Virus record (IMG/VR): IMGVR_UViG_3300045988_025231
Length of the DNA: 36,018 nt
Reading direction: 5' to 3' (one strand)
From: a virus
Below are positions 30,904-36,018 of the stretch, piece by piece (position 1 is the stretch's first letter; each line of letters starts with the position of its first letter). Made by a program: the position numbers and the translations under genes. The notes beneath the pieces are model-generated. The model saw nothing but the letters and a program-made list of their open reading frames with translations. It was not told the DNA's origin and did no database searches.

Positions 30904-32943
30904 TTAACCCTTTTTGTAAAAGTAACTGTTAAAGCCTTCTGCTCTTAGGGGAATGTCGAACGGCTTTGCCCAATCGGGTAAAATAGCCATAGCGATGCAA
31001 ATGTCATCTAGCGTTATGTCGGTATCCTCAACGCATTCGGTTATCAGTTCGTCATGGATATGCCCGACAATTTTAACGGTCTCATCAATATTCAAAACAT
31101 TTCGCATCGCACTGGCTAACAAATCGCGGGATACTGCTTGCACTAGGTTTTCAGTTAGTTTACCTCCGTAGGTATCTAGTTCCACCCATTTTCCGGACGT
31201 TTGATCAAGCCCCATGTAATGTATCGATTCGATCTCCCTGCTGTCACCGTTATCATAACGGATCGTTTTCTTCTTGATCGAAGCATACGGGTAGTGCAGG
31301 GAGCGTCCAGAAGGCAAGCGCAATGCGAGCGTCCTGTACTGTGGTATCCAATAGAAATGGCAGATAATTTTACCATCAATATTGACGGGTACATCCCGCT
31401 TCGCCAAGATAGCTCTTTTAGCCGAATCCTCTAAGATGCGCCACAAAGATACAATTTTCGGTGATGCGTCACGCCATTTAAGGATGATGTTTTTAATATT
31501 TTCTTCCGGGATCGCTCCGTCACGGTCCATAGTCTTGATTGCTCCGACCCATCCGCCATATCCTAGAGCTAGCTCTGTTACCTTTCCCTGCTGGCGATAA
31601 GGGGTCCCTTTTCCGCATTCCGATTCCTTCATATTGAAGGTACGTGCGGCAGATGTTACGTAGATGTCACCACCTCTTCGGAATGTTTCGATTCTCCATG
31701 TTTCGTTCGCCAGTACTGCGATCACACGGGCTTCGATGGCAGAGAAGTCAGCTACCCGGAAGACGTGGTTATCACGGGCAATGAATGCTGTACGGATCAG
31801 TTGTGACAGGATGGACGGGATATTATCGTAGAACAGCATCAATTCGTCTAGGTCCATAATTTTCACGTCCTCACGAACTCTCTCAAGTTCCTCTAGGTGG
31901 TTCTGCGGAAGGTTCTGCTGCTGAACGATTCGTCCAGCCCATCTGCCTGTCCGGTTAGCTCCGTAGAAGCGGTACAAGCCCTTAGCTGATCCGTCTTTGC
32001 ACAGGCAGTTCAGCATGGCAGCGTACTTTGCGATAGATGTCTTGTAGGCGATTTTGCGGGCTGTCAGAACACGAGTCACATCCTTGTCGTTGCATTCCTC
32101 CATGATCTGATTGATGTTGTTTTTGTTGATCGTTTCGTATAACTTCCCGCTACGCTCTTCAATGAAGGCGCTGATCTGCTTGCTTGACTTAAGAGACGTG
32201 ATACCATACTTAGCCTTGACCTTCTCGTTCAGCCTCTTCAAGTATTCCGTGTAGATGGCATCAGCATTCCGGGCTAGTTGGACATCCACCCGTGTCCCAC
32301 GATCATTGATGTCTTGGTCTATCCCGTACAGTTCGATTTCCGATTCCGGCATTTCGATGTGCGCCAGCTTGCGGTCGATCTCACGTTCAGACAATACGTC
32401 ATATCTGAGGTATGTCTTAAATTCTTCCCATTTCTGCGGATATTGTTCCGGATATATGCGTGATCCGTCCTTCTGCGGACACGAGAATAACTTGATCAAT
32501 GCGCTACCCGTGTCTAGCTTTCCGTCTACTAGCTGCATGGCTGCTGATACCTTTCCTAGTGCTTCGGGGAATCCGCAGTATAGGGCTTTTGTGGCGGAGC
32601 AGCGAAACTTGGTAGCGGGGATATCAAATTTGTAGGCACGAAGACACAACCGTTCGAAGGTGGCGTTGTGCGCATGGATCAGAACGTCCGGCTGCTGGAT
32701 CAAGGTAAAGAACGGTAGCGGGTCCTCAAACCTAGCCAAGTCTATTATCTTTGGTTCCTCATCCTCTATGGCATAGCCAATCAACAGGATTTCGAAATCG
32801 GGATGCTCCGTGTACCTGTACATCCCGGCTGTCTTGATCGGTTCGGGAGAGTAGGTTTCGAAGTCTATGTAAACATTTCTCATATGTTGTCCTTTCTTTT
32901 TAAAAAGATAGCGGATGTCTTCTACCCCATCCGCTATCCACAT
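30904..32943 (-). CDS. Family A DNA polymerase with a 3'-5' exonuclease domain.
   Basis: Exo I YIDFETYS, Exo II HNATFERL, motif A ADFSAIEARV, motif B RQQGKVTELALGYGG, motif C GHIHDELI. I chose the ATG at 32943 (the track TTG is at 32952); an alternative ATG is at 32883. Confidence 0.9.
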   Translation of the reverse strand: MWIADGVEDIRYLFKKKGQHMRNVYIDFETYSPEPIKTAGMYRYTEHPDFEILLIGYAIEDEEPKIIDLARFEDPLPFFTLIQQPDVLIHAHNATFERLCLRAYKFDIPATKFRCSATKALYCGFPEALGKVSAAMQLVDGKLDTGSALIKLFSCPQKDGSRIYPEQYPQKWEEFKTYLRYDVLSEREIDRKLAHIEMPESEIELYGIDQDINDRGTRVDVQLARNADAIYTEYLKRLNEKVKAKYGITSLKSSKQISAFIEERSGKLYETINKNNINQIMEECNDKDVTRVLTARKIAYKTSIAKYAAMLNCLCKDGSAKGLYRFYGANRTGRWAGRIVQQQNLPQNHLEELERVREDVKIMDLDELMLFYDNIPSILSQLIRTAFIARDNHVFRVADFSAIEARVIAVLANETWRIETFRRGGDIYVTSAARTFNMKESECGKGTPYRQQGKVTELALGYGGWVGAIKTMDRDGAIPEENIKNIILKWRDASPKIVSLWRILEDSAKRAILAKRDVPVNIDGKIICHFYWIPQYRTLALRLPSGRSLHYPYASIKKKTIRYDNGDSREIESIHYMGLDQTSGKWVELDTYGGKLTENLVQAVSRDLLASAMRNVLNIDETVKIVGHIHDELITECVEDTDITLDDICIAMAILPDWAKPFDIPLRAEGFNSYFYKKG

Positions 32944-33030
32944 TTGCACCAACTTACTTAGTTAAATAATAAAATTTAGTTAATAATAAATGAATAAAAA
33001 TTTAAGTTATAAATTAAAAGTTTCTTTGTT

Positions 33031-33624
33031 TTAGTACGGAAGGTCTTCACCCGTAGGATCATCGAAGATCGGATCATTGTCCGTATCATCGTCTTCTTCA
33101 TCGAAGTCGTTGATAACCGATCCTCCGCCTCCGAAGGCTTCATCGTCTTTCACCTTCTGAACTCCGTTCAAGCCGAATGTGATCCCCTTGTTTGCAATCT
33201 GATCGAATGAGTAGGCATCTATCGAAGCAACTCCCCAGCATCCGGAGTAGAAATCTTCTTTCTGTGTGATCGGTTGTTTGTGCCTGTCGATGATAACCGG
33301 ACGACCTTGAGATTCATTGCGGGAAGCACGAATGTAGTACATTCCTTCGAATCCATCGTATTCAATATTGTCGTCACCGTCTTTGATAGGATTCCATTTT
33401 GACGGGTCACCGGGCAACTTGCCATTGCATTTCGGATGTTCCGCAAGGTATTCCTTCTGCAACTCCTTGATAGCTGCTGCAACCTTCTTGATATTCTCCT
33501 TGTCAGTCTTCGGGATTAAAATGGTCACTTCGTACTTTGATTTGCCTTGGTTGAAACGGTCTTCCGCTTCGAATACTCTCACGAATGAGAATCTTACATT
33601 TTTTAGGATTAATTTCTTTCCCAT
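33031..33624 (-). CDS. Phage single-stranded-DNA-binding protein (DUF2815 type).
   Basis: N-terminus LILKNVRFSFVRVFEAE...KYEVTILIPK and an acidic C-terminal tip DDDTDNDPIFDDPTGEDLPY. Conserved position between the DUF2800 nuclease and the polymerase. Confidence 0.7.
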   Translation of the reverse strand: MGKKLILKNVRFSFVRVFEAEDRFNQGKSKYEVTILIPKTDKENIKKVAAAIKELQKEYLAEHPKCNGKLPGDPSKWNPIKDGDDNIEYDGFEGMYYIRASRNESQGRPVIIDRHKQPITQKEDFYSGCWGVASIDAYSFDQIANKGITFGLNGVQKVKDDEAFGGGGSVINDFDEEDDDTDNDPIFDDPTGEDLPY

Positions 33625-33640
33625 GATTTTTGTTTTTAAG

Positions 33641-33732
33641 TTGTTAATACTACTTGTTTAACTTTGATGACGCAAAAATATAACGTCTATTTGAATTTGC
33701 CAAATTTTGAACAAAATATTAACGTTTATTAG
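33641..33732 (-). promoter_or_regulatory. Early promoter cassette 3. Palindrome at 33694-33706, -33 TTTG at 33704-33701, -7 TATTTTTG at 33680-33673, conserved leader.
   Basis: Minus strand reads CTAATAAACGTTAATATTTTGTTCAAAATTTGGCAAATTCAAATAGACGTTATATTTTTGCGTCATCAAAGTTAAACAAGTAGTATTAACAA. Its upstream end overlaps the stop of the nuclease gene. Confidence 0.65.
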
Positions 33733-34913
33733 CTTTCGACATCGAAATCAGATAGTGAGTTATATTCTGTTCCGGGATGGCTTTCCGGTACTAGTTTAGG
33801 CGCACCGGGCTGACTCTGAAGATATTTGCCGAACCGGGCAGCAAAAACTTTCTTGCCTAATAGCTTCTCAAGATCGGTAATGCCCTTCAAGCTGATGTTC
33901 ATGATCTCGTCCTCAAGATACTCGTCCAGCAGTTCGTTGCGAACCTTGTCGGGGTCGGTGATCTTACGGGAGGATCGTCCTTCCACCAGCTTGTATCCGG
34001 TCCATTTCTTGCCGTTCATAGCCTCTTGGTAGACGAACTGGTCGAACGAGTTGATCCAGCTACGGTAACTGTCTATTTTGCCGATCATTTCAACGATTTC
34101 CTCGTCCGTCATGAGTAACGGTTCACATTCCTCATCGAAGTCACTGGTGATGGCATCATATTGCGCTCTGCACTGTGCCTTGAGCGGGCAGAACTGGCAG
34201 TGGTCTCCGATCTTCTGTTCTCCGCCACCTTCCCAAGCCACTTTAGCCTTCGGTTTTAAGACTTTCTCACCCCACAATAGCAAGTCATTGGCTGACATGG
34301 TGATCGTGTCGTAGTGGTCCAATCTTGGCTGTACGATCGACATACGTACTTCTTTTATGTCGCCTCTTTGGGCTTCCGGGATGGTGTTCAGCATTCCTAG
34401 AGCGTAGATCATCAACTGCGTGTTGCTTTGCGCTGATACCTTCACGCCAGCACCGTATTTCAAGTCGATGACATGCAGGATTGTAGGGCTTAGCAGAGTA
34501 GCATCAGAGCTACCGAAGGATTCCGGGATATACTTGCTCAAGTCAAAGGTCGCTTCCCAATATCCGATTACATTACCACCTGTTTCTTCTTTATGCATGG
34601 CGTGGAATTCGTTTACTACGAAGTCTACGTAGCTTCCGACATGTCTTACCATATCCTCGGAGAAGTAAGGGCTTTTCGCTAGGTCATCGGGAACAGGTAA
34701 TTCGTCTATCTCCGGATAGTACAAGTCTCGGTCCCACAATTCCAGCGCATTCTGAGCTATCTCGTGTGCCAGCGTTCCTTCATCGGCATACACGGTGCTC
34801 TTGTTTTCCACCGATTCGGCTAGTCTAGCGGATGGCGGGCAATTAAGCCACCTCTTTGAACTCGATGGTGAGAGGAGCGCGTGGTCACGATCCCCATGAT
34901 TTATCTTTTCCAT
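33729..34913 (-). CDS. PD-(D/E)XK Cas4-like exonuclease (DUF2800 type).
   Basis: N-terminus LLSPSSSKRWLNCPPS, nuclease core VIDLKYGAG, C-terminal Cys cluster HCQFCPLKAQC. Confidence 0.8.
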   Translation of the reverse strand: MEKINHGDRDHALLSPSSSKRWLNCPPSARLAESVENKSTVYADEGTLAHEIAQNALELWDRDLYYPEIDELPVPDDLAKSPYFSEDMVRHVGSYVDFVVNEFHAMHKEETGGNVIGYWEATFDLSKYIPESFGSSDATLLSPTILHVIDLKYGAGVKVSAQSNTQLMIYALGMLNTIPEAQRGDIKEVRMSIVQPRLDHYDTITMSANDLLLWGEKVLKPKAKVAWEGGGEQKIGDHCQFCPLKAQCRAQYDAITSDFDEECEPLLMTDEEIVEMIGKIDSYRSWINSFDQFVYQEAMNGKKWTGYKLVEGRSSRKITDPDKVRNELLDEYLEDEIMNISLKGITDLEKLLGKKVFAARFGKYLQSQPGAPKLVPESHPGTEYNSLSDFDVES

Positions 34914-34914
34914 G

Positions 34915-35694
34915 TTAGATGGCTTTTACGGCTTCGTAGAACTTAGCGTAATCGGCTTCTCTCAGAGTAGCGAATGTCGAGCATCCACATGACTTGAATA
35001 CTTTGAGAACAGCCTCACGGTCCTTCTTGATCTTGATGCGGGCTTCGTCTCGGCACATGTCGATTGTGACAACTTTTTCTTCCGGTTTCTCAGCGATTTC
35101 CTTGTCGAACGGCATTTCCCCGGCTGCTTCGGCTACCTTATCATTAGCTGCTTCTGCCTTAGTTTCTTCAACGGTCTGTTCTTCCGCTTCTTGGGTAGGG
35201 GCTTCCAGTTCTCCCTTAGATGCGCTCATCAAGAGACGACGCAACTTGGCGTTCGTGTTCTTTCCGGGGTAATCGGATGGGTCTACGTTGTACACTTCGA
35301 CTAGGATTTTAACCAGTTTGTCTGTAGGCATGGCAGCGAGTTCTTTCTCGGACATCTCGGTAACGGCTTTCTTGGCTTCTTCGTTTCCTTCGAATACTTC
35401 CTCTACTGCTGACTTGTTATCAACGATAACTTCAGCCTTGTTTGCCTCGTTGGACGAGTCAATTACGGTTTCTTCAGATTTCACACCGGGAATATCTTTG
35501 GTCAAATTCTCGAACTTCTTCTTGTCTTCTGAAATGTTCGGTTTCGGAGCAGGTGCGAGAGATGAAGGTGCTGGAGCAACAGCAGGATATCCTTCTTCGC
35601 TCGCTTTTCTAGCCGCTAGAGTAGCCGCGAATTCAGCTATGGTTTGCAACTCATAAACTTTTGTTTCTCTGTCAATACTAATTTCTACTTTCAT
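34915..35694 (-). CDS. Acidic Glu/Lys/Ala-rich early protein (259 aa), unknown function.
   Basis: ATG-initiated ORF. It has a low-complexity acidic middle and a structured-looking C-terminal ~60 aa containing KSCGCS. Confidence 0.55.
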   Translation of the reverse strand: MKVEISIDRETKVYELQTIAEFAATLAARKASEEGYPAVAPAPSSLAPAPKPNISEDKKKFENLTKDIPGVKSEETVIDSSNEANKAEVIVDNKSAVEEVFEGNEEAKKAVTEMSEKELAAMPTDKLVKILVEVYNVDPSDYPGKNTNAKLRRLLMSASKGELEAPTQEAEEQTVEETKAEAANDKVAEAAGEMPFDKEIAEKPEEKVVTIDMCRDEARIKIKKDREAVLKVFKSCGCSTFATLREADYAKFYEAVKAI

Positions 35695-35696
35695 GA

Positions 35697-36018
35697 TTAC
35701 TGTTTTTTAAATGTTAAATATTTTTCTGTAATTTCCGCTTTGCTGAGTCTCAACGCACCGTTCCTGTTACGGTAGTGATTGAGATAGCCTTGTTTTACTC
35801 TGTAGCGTACCGCATTCTCGGTAAGGTCCAAAATACGAGCAGCTTCGCTGATCGTGATCAATTCTAACTTCTTTTCTTGATTCTCCATAAACTCAATTAA
35901 TTTTTTTGGTTTTCTATAATTCCTTAAAAAATCTACATACGCTCTTTCCCTAGCCCTCTCGTAGATTGGGTGGTATAGTTCGGCAGTCTTCACTATAAAA
36001 TCTTTTATCGGGTATTCA
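35697..36018 (-). CDS. C-terminal part of the first early gene: HTH DNA-binding domain (excisionase/MerR-like HTH_17 pattern). It is truncated by the window end and continues at 1..298.
   Basis: ELITISEAARILDLTENAVRYRVKQGYLNHYRNRNGALRLSKAEI fits the lt..EaA..Lgvs..tv...v..G.l...k.g....i pattern. The frame is continuous through the terminal overlap. Confidence 0.7.
   Translation of the reverse strand, partial: EYPIKDFIVKTAELYHPIYERARERAYVDFLRNYRKPKKLIEFMENQEKKLELITISEAARILDLTENAVRYRVKQGYLNHYRNRNGALRLSKAEITEKYLTFKKQ
35900..36018. repeat. Exact terminal overlap, right copy.
   Basis: Identical to 1-119 base for base. Confidence 0.95.

Noticed and set aside
32953-33030. AT-rich 78-bp gap upstream of the polymerase gene with a 15-16-bp direct repeat (TTAGTTAAATAATAAA at 32958-32973 and TTAGTTAATAATAAA at 32976-32990), considered as a promoter or tRNA-like element.
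   Set aside because: It has only a weak TAnnTTTT-type match and no convincing -33 element. It is far too AT-rich and short for a tRNA. It is probably a simple spacer or translation-initiation region, so I did not call it.

Overview
The window is one complete tailed-phage (Caudoviricetes) genome. Bases 1-119 recur exactly at 35900-36018, so the unit is 35,899 bp and the contig closes on itself (circular, or circularly permuted/terminally redundant as assembled). All of the roughly 45 credible genes are on the minus strand. They are tightly packed, with many ATGA/TAATG stop-start overlaps. There are two modules. (1) The early/replication module runs from 298 through the window junction down to 22019. 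It encodes an HTH protein, an acidic protein, a DUF2800-type Cas4-like nuclease, a DUF2815-type SSB, a family-A DNA polymerase, an AEP-primase/VirE-type P-loop protein, a block of small ORFans, a VRR-NUC nuclease, an SNF2 helicase, and a cassette of secreted/membrane proteins. (2) The late module runs from 21294 down to 887. It encodes terS, terL, two giant paralogous fibre-like proteins, neck-like proteins, tail/baseplate proteins, a tape-measure-like protein, a protease-scaffold fusion, an HK97-like capsid protein, three tandem ~175-aa paralogues, portal, holin, amidase and a spanin-like protein. Intergenic promoters fit the Bacteroidota -33 TTTG / -7 TAnnTTTG pattern and start codons lack Shine-Dalgarno sequences, so a Bacteroidota host is inferred. 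I saw no integrase, repressor, tRNA, CRISPR array, reverse transcriptase or stop-codon recoding. The features least explained by standard annotation are: (a) a ~370-bp iteron-rich non-coding element present as two diverged copies, one at each junction between the two modules; (b) three near-identical promoter/palindrome/leader cassettes dividing the early region; (c) a late-module gene order with portal far from terminase; (d) triplicated structural paralogues; (e) a ~100-aa module present five times across the two fibre-like proteins; and (f) an early-promoter-driven membrane-protein cassette separate from the lysis genes. All functional calls rest on motif recognition by eye and need HMM or structure confirmation.
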